Assembly: GCA_001662655.1 (NCBI GenBank)
Contig: KV460219.1
Reading direction: 5' to 3' (one strand)
From: Pseudogymnoascus verrucosus
Lineage: Eukaryota
DNA length: 64,000 nucleotides
Made by a program: the position numbers and the translations under genes. The notes under the pieces are model-generated. The model was not told the DNA's origin and made no database searches. It was given only the letters and a program-made list of their open reading frames with translations. Shown here piece after piece: positions 13,192-25,125 of the stretch (positions are counted from its first letter, which is position 1; each line of letters starts with the position of its first letter).

Positions 13192-14468
13192 AGTGTTCGG
13201 CTAGATACTGCCGTCGTCTTTTCTTGTACTTTGTAAAATTGGGGTGGGGTTAGAGCATAGAACACGGAATATTCGTAACACTGTACTGGAAATTTAGTTG
13301 GGAAGCATGATTTTGGATCAGGCGTTTTCCGGATAGCAGTCTCGTATCGAGAGGGAAACTTTGGAGTGCTTCGGGTTCTTCTCAATCGTCGTTTCTGTGT
13401 ACTCTGGCATGGGTTACAAACTGGGATCTAGAACATATGGAGAAGGAACAATCTATTTTTTGGAATGCTGTAGTTGCCAGAACCCTACATCTCTAGGAAA
13501 AGTGCGGTCGGGATAGCTACGGCTGACAAAACTTACTCATATGTTCAACTATGGCCCCGACTTCAAGACTTCGCAACTCCTTTTCTTCTTTTCGCCAAGG
13601 TCGGACGTCGACCAAGAATGCTCTTTCTCCGATCAGGGAAATAAGCTACCCCTGTTCTCTCTGCTATTTTCGTCCTTGTCTTCGTCAAAACTTCTAAGAC
13701 AACAGTTCTAGACTTTGCCGCAATATTACTCCGAGACAACTCCACATCCTGCCTTCATTACTAGGTCGCAAGTGCCGCCGCCACAACCACTCGGTCGGGT
13801 CCTCCCCATCAGCTCCCCATCAGGACCCCCCCCCCAGACGTGTCTCTCCGTCTCCCCTTGCACAGACAAACTGAACACGCGCTTGACCCACCGGCACTAA
13901 GATCGACAGCCGCTGCAGCACGGGATGTGCACCCCACGGGATTCCCCAGGGCGTAAACGGGATGTCGCACAGCTCACGCCAAACCAGCGGCGAGCGCGAG
14001 ACAGCGCTCCACAGTGCGCATGGCACTCACAGGTTCATAACCATGTCGCCACAGAATTCGGGGAGCTATCACGGCGGGAAACCAGGGACCTTTAGAGTTG
14101 CGGCGCGGCGGAGGCTACACGTGCGCCCCACCTAATGCCCGCGTTGTGAGCGCTAGGGCGAGCTCATTTAGCTGGTTGTCGTCTTCCCTTGCATACGGTG
14201 ATCAAGAATAGGAGTATATAGCTTGTGTCCCTCGCGAGCGGCGCGTGAAAAAGATGCTTGTGAATTGGAGACATTCTTAGTTGCAGACGGGTTGTACTAT
14301 CGACAACCAAAGCGAGGTTTAACTTGTTGATTGAGCTTGTTCGGCTGTTGATCTTATTCGGCTTGTTGAGCTTGTCGAGGCTTTGTGGGGTTTGCGAGCC
14401 GACGACGGGAAGTGGAGCTCGGTGTCAGTCCTGTCACCACTGTCAGAGCTACAACATCTCTCTCAACC

Positions 14469-16376
14469 ATGGAGGAGTCGAAGCCGCGGTTCACGGTGGC
14501 GTGGATCAACATCTTCTGCGCGATCTTCTCATGTCTTGGAGCTTTCATTTTCGGCTTCGACAGCGGTATGTCAATTCCAATCTCTCGGTCGAGCACGTAT
14601 TGTGGTTTAGCTAGTGTGGGGTACCATTATTAATTGCCGGCTTTTGCGCATATAGGAATCTTCAATACAACTATCGCTCATGAGAGTTTTAATATCTATA
14701 TGTTCGGGAGAACTACCGGTGATGCAATCTTGACAGGTGCGTTGCATTCCGCGCTGTGGCCCAGGCCCGACATGCTAACTATCGGGATTTAGGTGCCGTT
14801 GCTTCAACATACACTGGCGGAACCGCTATTGGCGGCTTGTTCTCGGGATGGTCAGCCGGGAAGTTCGGACGCAAGAAGACGATTATCGGTGCAGCTGCCA
14901 TAGGTACGTGCCCTTGGTCATGGTAAACTAATCAATCAACTAACAGCTCTTCAGTCGCCTTTGGCACCACCCTTCAAACCGCTGCCCAGAATTTGGGTAT
15001 GCTGATAGCGGGCCGTGTCATTGCGGGCCTCGCCGTGGGTATTCTACTGTCCATTGTTCCCGTCTATAATGCCGAATTGGCTGTCCCACAGCACCGTGGG
15101 GTCATTGTCGGTCTTTTTGCAGTCCTGGCTTCATTTGGTGTTGTATGCGCCAATTGGATCGGGTATGGCTGCCAATTCGCACATGGAGATGCACAATGGA
15201 GGATCCCACTTGGGTGCCAAATCCCCACTGCGGTTATCCTTGCTCTCGGTGGTTTCTTTTTGCCAGAATCGCCTCGCTGGTGTAAGTTTTGCTATCTCAC
15301 TCCTGTCCTGTCGACATTGAGTATCCCTTGCTGATCCCAGCTCTAGTGATTGAACAAAACCGAAGCCATGAAGCACATAAGAGTGAGACCAACCTTCCAT
15401 AATCAGCCGTGCGGTATTTAACTGGAATATCTAGTCATGACTCGCATCCATGGTGGATTAGGAGAAGACTTTGTTTCGCGGGAGTTCACGCAAATGCATG
15501 AGCAGATCATCGCCGAAAGGGAAGCCAATCAATCCCGTTGGATCGACTGCTTTACTACGCCGTCTGCCCGTAGAAGAATGTGGATTGGTATCTTTGTGAA
15601 TATCTTCAATAATCTTGGGGGCACACCGGTTATAAGTAACTACCAGTCTAGACTGTTTAAAGAGATCGGCTTCACGGGCACAAAGACTTTGTTTTTATCG
15701 GGGTGTTACGGTTTGGCTGGGTTTGCAGGTGTTATTACCAATATAACATTGGTCGCTGATCGGATGGGCCGTAAAGACTCGATGTGTAGGTTGCCCTATC
15801 AAATTCAGTGTGTTATATCTGACAATACTAGGGATCGGAGCTATTGTCCTCGTGGTTGATCTGGTGGTCCTAATGCCCCTCACCAAAATATACACCGGCT
15901 CCGAGAATCAAGCCGGCAAAGCAGCTGCTGTGACTTTTATCTTCCTCCATTCATATCCCTACTCTGTCTTTATGTACGGCACCGTATGGGTCTACACGGC
16001 GGAGATGTTCCCAACACGGCTGCGTGCCAAGGGTGTCGCCATATGCACCTTCTGGGGCCAGGCCTTCAACATCCTACTCCAGCAGATCGGACTTAGGGTC
16101 TTTGAGGAGATAGGATATCTCTTCTATATTGTCTTCATTGTATGCACGAGCTTAGCAGCGGTAGTGTACTACTTCTTCCTGCCCGAGACGAAGGGGGCGA
16201 CTCTAGAGGATATCTCGCGTTTCTTCGGAGACCCAGTCGTGGCCACGATAAGCGAGAGCCAGACGCGCATAGCGAAGGTTTTAAATGAGGTCGATGGACT
16301 TGCAGATGCGGGCGATGAGAGTGGAGAGCGTGGCGGGAAGGGCGGGGAGGTTCTGATTGACGAGAAACGAGGTTAG
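14469..16376 (+). CDS. MFS sugar-porter family transporter (multi-exon)
   Basis: Motifs GAFIFGFDSG, GKFGRKKTI, GRVIAGLAVG...PVYNAELA, PESPRW, DRMGRK, AEMFPTRLRAKG and PETKG. Confidence 0.92.
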
Positions 16377-17425
16377 AACTGTAATTAGATAGTCTGCATT
16401 GATCGGGCTGCCATTTTGGGCCGGTCCATACCTGGTTCAATAGTTATGGATATATGTAGACTACCAATTCAAGTTAGTGCAGCTTACCCGTGATCCCCAG
16501 AAGTCCAAAGCTAGGCCTGTATAGTTGAGGATTGATATAACCTATCCAATCTGAAGGAGCCTGTCTCTTTGCTGCTGTTTATGAGTGGCTGGCTTATTGA
16601 TTGTAGCCCTAAGTGATTGGACGCTTGTACTCAAACTATGGTCACTGTGAACAATACTACTATGTACAGACCTACTTCGGGTTTTTGGCCGGAACCAGTA
16701 TGTAGACAGCCTAATCGATCCAATGCAGCTTAGTATATTCTGCATCTATATGCATCCCGTTCTCAAGCCACATCCCGCGCCTCTATGCACGCCCAGCTTC
16801 TTTCAGGTCTTGGTGTCTCACAGCTCACATTAGCTCCTTGGAACTCTTCCACAAACCACTCCCTTATTTTTATATAAGGCTGTCAAAACCAGTTATCAGA
16901 ATTTCGCCTTTAATACTTCCCCAATTAACTACAGCCACCTCTCAGTGTAACGTCCGGCAGTTCCACGCTTGCGGGATCGCGCCGTGCCATCCCGCGTCCG
17001 GACCCCACTGCCCCGCATCTTATCTAGAAAATACTTGGAGGGGCAAGTGCTGCCAACCCCGCTCCTCATTAAAATACCAACATTTGCGCGCTATACGAGC
17101 ATTGTACGAGCAGTGTACGAGTATGCCGCGGTCCACGCGCTTGTGTTGGCTATCCTAATAAGCACGGGATTGTGGATCGTTAGCCCACGAGATGATGCTC
17201 CCGTTGCTGGATGCCGCCGTGAATTGAGCACGCAAATTGGAAAGCCGTGGTGGATCATGGGAATAGCGGGGGATGTGATGGGTATATAAACAACTGTTAA
17301 GGGCGTGGATTCTTCTTGGAGGGGAATATATATATCCCACTTGTTTCCTTTGTATTTTACTCTTTCCACGTTTGCTATATTTAAGCTAGCTTTCTCATAT
17401 TTGGCCACGTTTCGCTCATACAACA

Positions 17426-18686
17426 ATGGCACCATCGCTTGAAGCTAGCTCCAAGGCTGCTGCTCCCGTGAAGAGCGGTATGATAAAGGAACCCCTAAAG
17501 GTTTCTGGAGCTCTGCCGACAGACTTCTTTGATGTGACGTCAATTATTGGACGCGAATATCCAACCATACAGCTTTCGGAACTGATGAATTCTCCTCGGC
17601 GTGATGAATACGTCAGAGATTTAGCAATTACAGGTATGTTAGGCTCGAGGTGGCGCTATGCAAGGCTATGGCTCTATGCAATTGATAAGCCTCCACAGCC
17701 ACTGACACGAACTGCAGTATCTGAAAGAGGCGTTGTATTCTTCCGGAATCAGAAGGACCTCACGGTCTCAATGCAAAAGGAATTCATCGATCTTCTTGGG
17801 AGACTATCTGGAAAGCCAGCAACCTCTGGCATCCATATCCACCCTCTTCTCGAAGGCAAGCGTGATGTAGGCATCAATGATGCCGGCGACGTCGACGACC
17901 ACATCTCCGTCATCTCTTCCAAGTTAAGCCGCAAACTTCACCTCGCCTCACGTTACACCTTCGCCAGCAAAGGCTGGCATTCTGAGTACTTTCCCCAACC
18001 CTTTGGGAATTCTACAGCTAATTCTCCAAGTATGACCTTTGAGCACGTCCCCTCCGACTATGCCATCCTCAAAATGCGCAAAGTCCCTCCCACTGGCGGC
18101 GACACCATCTGGGCCTCCGGCTACGAGATGTATGACCGCCTCTCCGCTCCCTATCAGCGCTTTCTGGAGGGTTTGACTGCTAAACATGCCAATCCCGACT
18201 TCCAAGCTGCCGCTGCCCGCGTCGGCTTCGAGATCCACCCTGGCCCACGTGGTGCCGCCGAGAACGTCGGCCAGGACCTAATCGCTAATCATCCTGTCGT
18301 GAGGACAAACCCGGTGACGGGCTGGAAGAGCATTTATGGAGCGCTGAACCAGATCGAGCAGTTGAATGAGCTGGCGCCACAGGAGAGCGAAGAGGTGTTG
18401 AGGTATTTAGGACAGTTGTTGACGAATAATCATGACTTGCAGTGTCGGTTCAAATGGGGTGTTGATGATGTTGCTATTGTGAGTTTTCCTGTCCATGTGG
18501 GTATGTGTGGATGGTACTGATGGGTGGCTGCTGTAGTGGGATAATAGGAGCTCGTTCCATACGGGCACTTCTGATGTTGATGTTACCCACACGAGGACGG
18601 GGAATCGGGCAGTCAGTATGGGAGAGGTTCCGTATCTAGATCCCATGTCGAGGTCGAGACGAGAAGCTCTTGGTGAAGCTGAGTAG
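17426..18686 (+). CDS. Fe(II)/alpha-ketoglutarate-dependent sulfonate dioxygenase (TauD/Jlp1 family)
   Basis: Three introns. Motifs SERGVVFFRNQ, GWHSD (HxD completed across an intron), GGDTIWASGY, HPVVRTNPVTGWKS and WDNRSSFH...R. Confidence 0.93.
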
Positions 18687-18807
18687 AGGTTTGCGTCGGG
18701 CCTTTAATTGTGCATTGTATCTTTCGACATTTAATTTAGGTGAGAATATATTTGAATATAATTACTAAACTTGGATTCTTGGTGTTGCACTTTAACTCAA
18801 GCCAGAA

Positions 18808-21431
18808 CAGTGTTCCCCAAAATAGTATTAGTATTTGTGGTTTTCGAATAGTATTCGGCGCCGAGTAGTATTCGGGCAAAATTTGGGGTATTCGGCGAGT
18901 ATTTGCCAAAGACTCGAATACTATTCGAGTCCTTGGCAAGCACGGCCCAGAACGCCAAGCAACGAAGATTTTTCCCTGCCCTCATAGATAGGTCCGTAGA
19001 AATAGATCCAAAGATAATATACCAATTGGTATTTCTACTAGAATGAGCGACTCTGAGCTATCAGCAATTCCAAGTGACGAAGATGAGGAAATTCAGCATC
19101 TACCACCCCCTTTTCAATTTGAGCCTTCGCCGTCGACAGCTCTACCATTACTACAAATACAGCCACAACTCCTAAATACCCAGTCACCCTTGTTCTTAAA
19201 GAATGTATTTAGTAGAACATTGTTGAGCACTAGCCCTGCAACGATGAAGATTATCTGTATGCAAAATGGCTGTAATTATAGGCTAAAACCGAAGCTTTTA
19301 TCATGGAATATCACAAGTAATTTATGGAAGCATGTTGAAAGCATGCATCCTGAGTTATACGAAGCTTTAAAACCAGGAACTCCATTGCTACAGCGTGCTC
19401 AGAGTTCGCAGAGTCAGAGTTCGCAGGATTCACAGGGCGCTCAGAATATGAGAACTGCCCGAAGCACAACTACCCTGAGCGCCCAAGCATTCTTTACTCC
19501 TCGAGTAGGAGGAAGCTCAGTTCTTGCCTCTTAATATAGAGAGTTATTACTTGCATTTATTATATCTAATAACTTACTAATGAGTCTAGTTAATCGGCCT
19601 TCATTTCGTCAGCTCATTTACCAGCTTAGCCCGTCAACGTTAGCTATATCAACAACCTCCTTAATGCGCGATTTACATAAGACATTCTGCAACCACCGTA
19701 TGAAGCTACAAATTGAACTCTAGGCTCATATAGCAAAGGGCGGACGGTTGTCACTTACAACTGATTCATAGTCTGTAATGAATGGCGTAGAGCACGCTGT
19801 AATAACTATTCATTAGATAAATAACGAATAGGTTCACCGGCACTGTGTTCTTGATATCATACATCTAAAAGAGCCCATTCATTCTAGTGAATATCTTGCA
19901 GAGCAGCTTCAAGCTATTACGGACGACTTCGGTATTACAAATGGGGTCTTTACTGTTACTAGAGATAACGCATCAAACAATACAGCAATGCTTGCAGAGT
20001 TTGAAATAAGGGCATGCACGAGTGCTATTTCTATATAGCAACCATAGAGCTTTATAGTAAAGGAAGGCGACGTTCGATGTATGGCACATATTATAAACCT
20101 TACAGTTCAAGCAGCTTTAGCAATGTTAAAAGCTATACCGTTAGAGCAGATAGAATCGTATAGGCTTAAGCAAGGCGCTGCTCATACTTAAAGCTTCGTT
20201 CTAAATAGAGAAGAAGTGTCGATAGTTCTTATAAAACTACGCTAGCATATCTATGTCTTCTAGAACCGTCGAGCATGGAAAGATGCATTAAAAGTACAAG
20301 CAATTGCTATGGGTATTTAGGTGGTTTTAATGTCCCTCGACATGCCTGTACGATGGAACTTAACATATCATATGCTCGAGAACGCTTTGAAGCTTAAGCA
20401 GCCGATTAATGCTATATGTGCTTTACAAACGATAGATTTAAGTATACGTAATATTATCATCACATCAATAGAATAGTAAGTGTTACATGGACTAAAGGCG
20501 TTCTTTAAGATATTCGTTAAACTAGTAGAGCAAGTTCAAGCTAATAATTATCTAACGTTGAACATTTGTATTCCACACTATCTACGGCTTTTAAATAAGC
20601 TTAAGGCAATGTAAAACGCTCCATTGACAATAGCTGTAATTAGCGCAGCTTGTAAAGCGTCATATAATAAGCTTGATACTTATTATAACCTTGTGACAAA
20701 TCAAGGCTCGAGCCACTCGTCAATTGCTACTATCTGCGACCTAGGATTTAACTTAAGAATATACGAATATTATATGCTAGACAGTATAGACGCTATGAAA
20801 CGAGACAGGGTAAGAGTACAGTTTGCAGCTTGTTATAACCGGTATAAAGACCGTGAGAACGATATACAAGTTGCTGCTATTAAAGCTACTATTGCTGCTG
20901 AAATAGAGCAGCCGACAGCTCAAAGAGAGCTTGATTCCGACGACGAGATGTATCAGCATCGTGGGCCTTCCATTGAGGAAGTTGAGTGGCGGCGATGGTT
21001 TAAAGAGAATGGTGTCGACCGCAATACTAATATCCTCAAATATTAGCAGGCAAAGCAGTACTAATATCCAGTTATATCACGGATTGCGCGGGACTATTTA
21101 GCAATTCCAGCCTCATCGGCAGCGTTAGAGCGTATATTTAGTGTCGGCGGTGATATAGTCACGAAGAAGAGGAATAGACTATTACCTTCTACTCTTCGAT
21201 ATCTACTCTGCCTACGGGATTGGGGGGTTGTGGGCGACGAAGAGGATTATAGCGAGTAGATAGTTATTATATTCAATTCTTACTATACTACCTACAATTG
21301 AGCCTCATACTATTCGGCGAATACTATTTGACGAGTACTATAACTTCGTATGAGTATTCGCCGAATATTATCAGATCACGAGTATTCGGGCAAACCCCGA
21401 ATACTATTCGAATACTATTTGGTGAACACTG
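18808..21431 (+). mobile_element. Full-length hAT-superfamily DNA transposon (2,624 bp), inactivated
   Basis: Imperfect TIRs: left CAGTGTTCCCCAAAATAGTATT, right reverse complement CAGTGTTCACCAAATAGTATT. Perfect 8-bp TSD AGCCAGAA at 18800-18807 and 21432-21439. Subterminal GAATA(C/G)TATTCG repeats at both ends. Confidence 0.95.
19043..21259 (+). pseudogene. hAT transposase pseudogene with many in-frame stops
   Basis: BED-like finger (CMQNGC...NLWKHVESMH), TTDS*, TRDNASNN, RCMAHIINL, DMPVRWN, and the C-terminal dimerisation motif ARDYLAIPASSAALERIFSVGGDIVTKKRNRL. More than ten TAG/TAA stops, several at expected Trp/Gln codons. Confidence 0.92.
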
Positions 21432-21836
21432 AGCCAGAATATATTTTGTTTCTTAATCTATTTATTTCCATATTTTATAGTTGCCCCAGTCTGAGAATTT
21501 CAGCGATTATTGTTAATATTGGGCTCCGATGGAATTCGTATGACACTTGACTTCCAGCGGCTAATGCGCCTCATGTCTCATCGGTGTCTTAAGATTATTG
21601 ACCTGCAGGACTACCAACGTCCCTGAAATAGATTAGAACGTCCAATCTAAACTCTCGAACAGAAACTATCAGGCAAAATCTGATCTAATGGAGTAAATTT
21701 TGTTTCTAGATAAACTTTTATACCTCCAGAACTGCAAAGCTATGTGCAATTATATTTGGCAGGCAGACTTTCCACCTTTTTGATTCATCATGCTGCGTCT
21801 CTCATATATCTCAGTGGCCACCATCCACTCATCTAT

Positions 21837-22946
21837 TTAACAATTCAACACCACGGCGTTCGCAAATAACGCATATGTATCAGCATTCAGTAGCGCTAGC
21901 TCCGAGGTTAGTGCCGTCGCCGCAGCATACCCATACCCATTATCCTTGGTAGAAGGGGAGAACACGGCAGGCACATGCGTGAACTCGTGAATAGTCGTCG
22001 TCGTCTGGTCCTGGTTGTGGCAGACGTCCGTCAGCGGCGGCAAAGCCGTGTAGTACGCTGGGCAGTTGACGACTCTGCTTGAGGCACCCAGAGTGTACGC
22101 CACCACGTTGTCCTTGCAGTATGTCTGCGGGTCAATGCAGTAGTACGACACGACCCCGCTATTCGCGGTAGAGCACTCCTTTGCTATAGCTTTGAAGCGC
22201 GCAGACACGGCTGCGCGGACTGTGGCGTCGGTAGTCTTAAAGTACTCATTGAAGCGGGCGTCGTTACCGGCGGCTGCGCCTATCGATGCAAAAGTAGCAA
22301 GCTTTACACAGTTCGACAGCGCTGTGTTCATGACTGCCAGGTTGGTGCCAGTGCAGTCTGCCTGCACATTTGCGCGAGGCTCGAGGCCAAGGTCACGCTT
22401 GGATTTGCGAGCTGCGGGGCCGTCGACGGGGACGGTGACGAGATTGGAGCGGTAGGGGTGGGCGAGGGTGGGGAAGTCTGTCGTTCCAACGGGGCCGTAG
22501 GGGATGGCTCCCTCGGCGACGAAGGCGTAGGTCTTGCTGTCAAAGTCATGGACGCTGGCGGCATCAATGGTGGTCTCGTAGGTGGCGCCGGCGGCGAGGG
22601 GGATAAAGGCTTCAGCGCTTAGGTTGGTTCGCAAAATAGTGCGAAAGATGCCGGTAAAGGGAATGCGGCTGGCTTGGGTGTAGTCCGAGCTCACCCTGGT
22701 TGCATCGGGAACATTGTAGATGTTCAGCTTCTCGACAGGGGAGGGGTCGAGGAGGGAGCCGTATGCATAGAGGTTTAGGTCCGTGGAGCCAGTATTGGTA
22801 ACTTTGGCGCTGAAGACGGCGTTGCCGATGGGGATAATGGTCACGTCAAGGGGACTCTCCACGGCATCATCGCGCCGGCTCAGAGGAGAGGCTGCGACGG
22901 ATGATAGAACGGCAAGCGCCAGCAAGAATTGGGTCAGGGCAAGCAT
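21837..22946 (-). CDS. Deuterolysin / neutral protease 2 (peptidase M35) preproprotein
   Basis: Signal peptide, a prodomain ending near RKSKR, then the catalytic HEFTH and NADTYALFA aspzincin motifs with the conserved Cys pattern. Single exon. Confidence 0.95.
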   Translation of the reverse strand: MLALTQFLLALAVLSSVAASPLSRRDDAVESPLDVTIIPIGNAVFSAKVTNTGSTDLNLYAYGSLLDPSPVEKLNIYNVPDATRVSSDYTQASRIPFTGIFRTILRTNLSAEAFIPLAAGATYETTIDAASVHDFDSKTYAFVAEGAIPYGPVGTTDFPTLAHPYRSNLVTVPVDGPAARKSKRDLGLEPRANVQADCTGTNLAVMNTALSNCVKLATFASIGAAAGNDARFNEYFKTTDATVRAAVSARFKAIAKECSTANSGVVSYYCIDPQTYCKDNVVAYTLGASSRVVNCPAYYTALPPLTDVCHNQDQTTTTIHEFTHVPAVFSPSTKDNGYGYAAATALTSELALLNADTYALFANAVVLNC

Positions 22947-24396
22947 GATGAGGCCTCGAAGAGATCTGCAATGGCTATGGCGGGGTACGTGGGATGCGGT
23001 GACAGATGCCCCATACAGTGGGTACCCGAGGCGCTTTATAGAGGTCCATTACAAAGACTTGCAGAAAGACAGTGGCAGCTCGTGTTCATCAAGGCCTCTG
23101 GCGAAGGAAGAGTAGCGCCGAGGGCCATATATGCCGGTCCATGGAGCTATGCTGTTGGATGCATCTGGATGAAACAAATATAAAATAGTCCCCGATCCTA
23201 GCGCTGCACGCACAGTGCCAGTCGACACCCGCTATACGCCGAGGGAATTAGATGCCACCCCAACACCCCTGGTCCACTGGCGCCAACTGCATATTGCGCT
23301 CGCACGGTGGTCCCTGTCCATTTAGGTACGCTATCTTGATCTGGGGGTACAGCGGTCACATGGAATCGAGAGCCACTGAGGCGACCAACTTGCGTCTGGA
23401 ATATTTTCCCACGGGGGGTTCATATCCGGCTATATCCTATCGGAATAGGAATGGAGATGGGGACTCGTGAAGCGAGATAGCCGGATGAGACGTCGACGAC
23501 GACCGGTGCGTGGCATCGATCAAAGGATTGTGGCATCACGTGTTTAAATATAGGCTACTGAAGCTCATAATTAGGTTTTTGAAGTTGGTATATCGGTTCT
23601 CTGCTATCTTGACGCCTTGAGACGGTGGACAACGGAGGAGCGTTCTACCAGTTCGTCAGCAGTGCGAATTCAAACAGTACAGCTATGGAGTTAATTGCTC
23701 ACATGGCATTTTTCTAAAGGGCCGCATCAACGGAGCGACGGCGCTTACAGTAGCTTATGTACTGTACTGATCATAGTGAAAGAACCTTGTTAGTGGATGA
23801 GTTTAACCAGGACCTTGCAATAAAGCCAGGGCCACGTAGTCCGTTCCGAGCTCGGCAAACAGGCCATGACTGAAGAACGCCACAAATCCCCAATCCGTCT
23901 TCTATATTTGCGATGCAACTGTGTCTGTCCATTTCTAGACCATGCATAGGCTTGTATTCACGCCCCAATCAATACTGGTCCGAAGAAACATATTGTCATC
24001 AATTATCTCAGATTGCATTCGGCAAGGTCTAGACCACGGCGATAATATGGATTATAGCCCACTATAGAGCCTCCAGGGGTCCCAGGGTTCAGGTTGCAGC
24101 GTTGATCGAATGAAACAACGTGGGTAAGCGGGTGTAAAGTAAGCTGTTGGATGTTGGTTTGACCTACTTAAGCAGGTCGCCGAAGATTGCCTGTACGAAT
24201 TATCAAAATTATCCCAAAACAATATTGTGACCCTGAGGACCACGACTATATCTCCTCATATATACGCTGTTATATAGGTGATGGTTTAGAATGACTTGGT
24301 GAATTTAACCGCATCTGCCTCAACCTCGCTCGTCTCCGGTCCAGCAGCAAATTCGCTGCTGCGTTTGCCGCAAACGCATACCAACGGGCTCCAGCG

Positions 24397-25125
24397 ATGG
24401 ATCAGCAGAAGGCCGAACCCACGCCCTTCACCTCCAAGACCAACTCACAGACAAACGGGAACGGCACCAGCCCGCGCTCAGGTCGAGCCCGCCTAATCCC
24501 TGGCAGTATCGCCTTCCTCGTCTTCCTTGGCATCGCAGCCCTGTACATGTCAGCAACCCACCTACTCAACAGGGACTCGGTCTCGGTCTCAATGTCCTCT
24601 CGCCATGCCAACGACACACCCCTTTTCCCCATCACCGTATCACTGAGTCCGCTCGCGGCTCCCCAGGATACCTCAACAGATGCCATGCCATCCTTTAGTG
24701 TCAACGTCACGTTGACCAACACTGGCGATGTTACTCTTGTCATCCTAAAATGGCACACGCCGTTCGCGCATGGCGCACCGGCGATGGGGATCTTCAAGGT
24801 TACGGACCTGTGGTGGGGCACCGCGGTGCCGGATATGGGGCTTATGGTTGACTATTTGTTTCCGGAGGGTGGTATTTTTGTGCACAAACAGGGGAATAAG
24901 ACGAGTGATAACTTGCTGCTAATTAGGCCAGGAGAGGGCCTGAGTGAGGAGGTGAAGATTGGACGTTCGGCAATGTCGATTAAGAGGGGGAAGAAGTATA
25001 GCGTTAAGGCGAAGGGGCGTTGGATGGCTGTTTGGCTGGGTGAAGATGATAATGGTAGGTATTCGATGAGAGACTCGATTAATAATGGTCAGTTTGAGAG
25101 CGAGGCGGTTGAAGTGCAGACGTAG
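24397..25125 (+). CDS. Type II membrane-anchored protein resembling a stand-alone M35 prodomain (no catalytic domain)
   Basis: 242-aa ORF with a hydrophobic segment (IPGSIAFLVFLGIAALYM), then VTLTNTGDVTLVILKWHTPF...LLIRPGE...YSVKAKG...FESEAVEV, which parallels the neighbouring protease prodomain. No HExxH. Confidence 0.7.
   Translation: MDQQKAEPTPFTSKTNSQTNGNGTSPRSGRARLIPGSIAFLVFLGIAALYMSATHLLNRDSVSVSMSSRHANDTPLFPITVSLSPLAAPQDTSTDAMPSFSVNVTLTNTGDVTLVILKWHTPFAHGAPAMGIFKVTDLWWGTAVPDMGLMVDYLFPEGGIFVHKQGNKTSDNLLLIRPGEGLSEEVKIGRSAMSIKRGKKYSVKAKGRWMAVWLGEDDNGRYSMRDSINNGQFESEAVEVQT

Noticed and set aside
17426..17435. CYS3/MetR-type site ATGGCACCAT at tauD
   Set aside because: It matches ATGRYRYCAT but coincides with the start codon and first codons, so it is probably chance.
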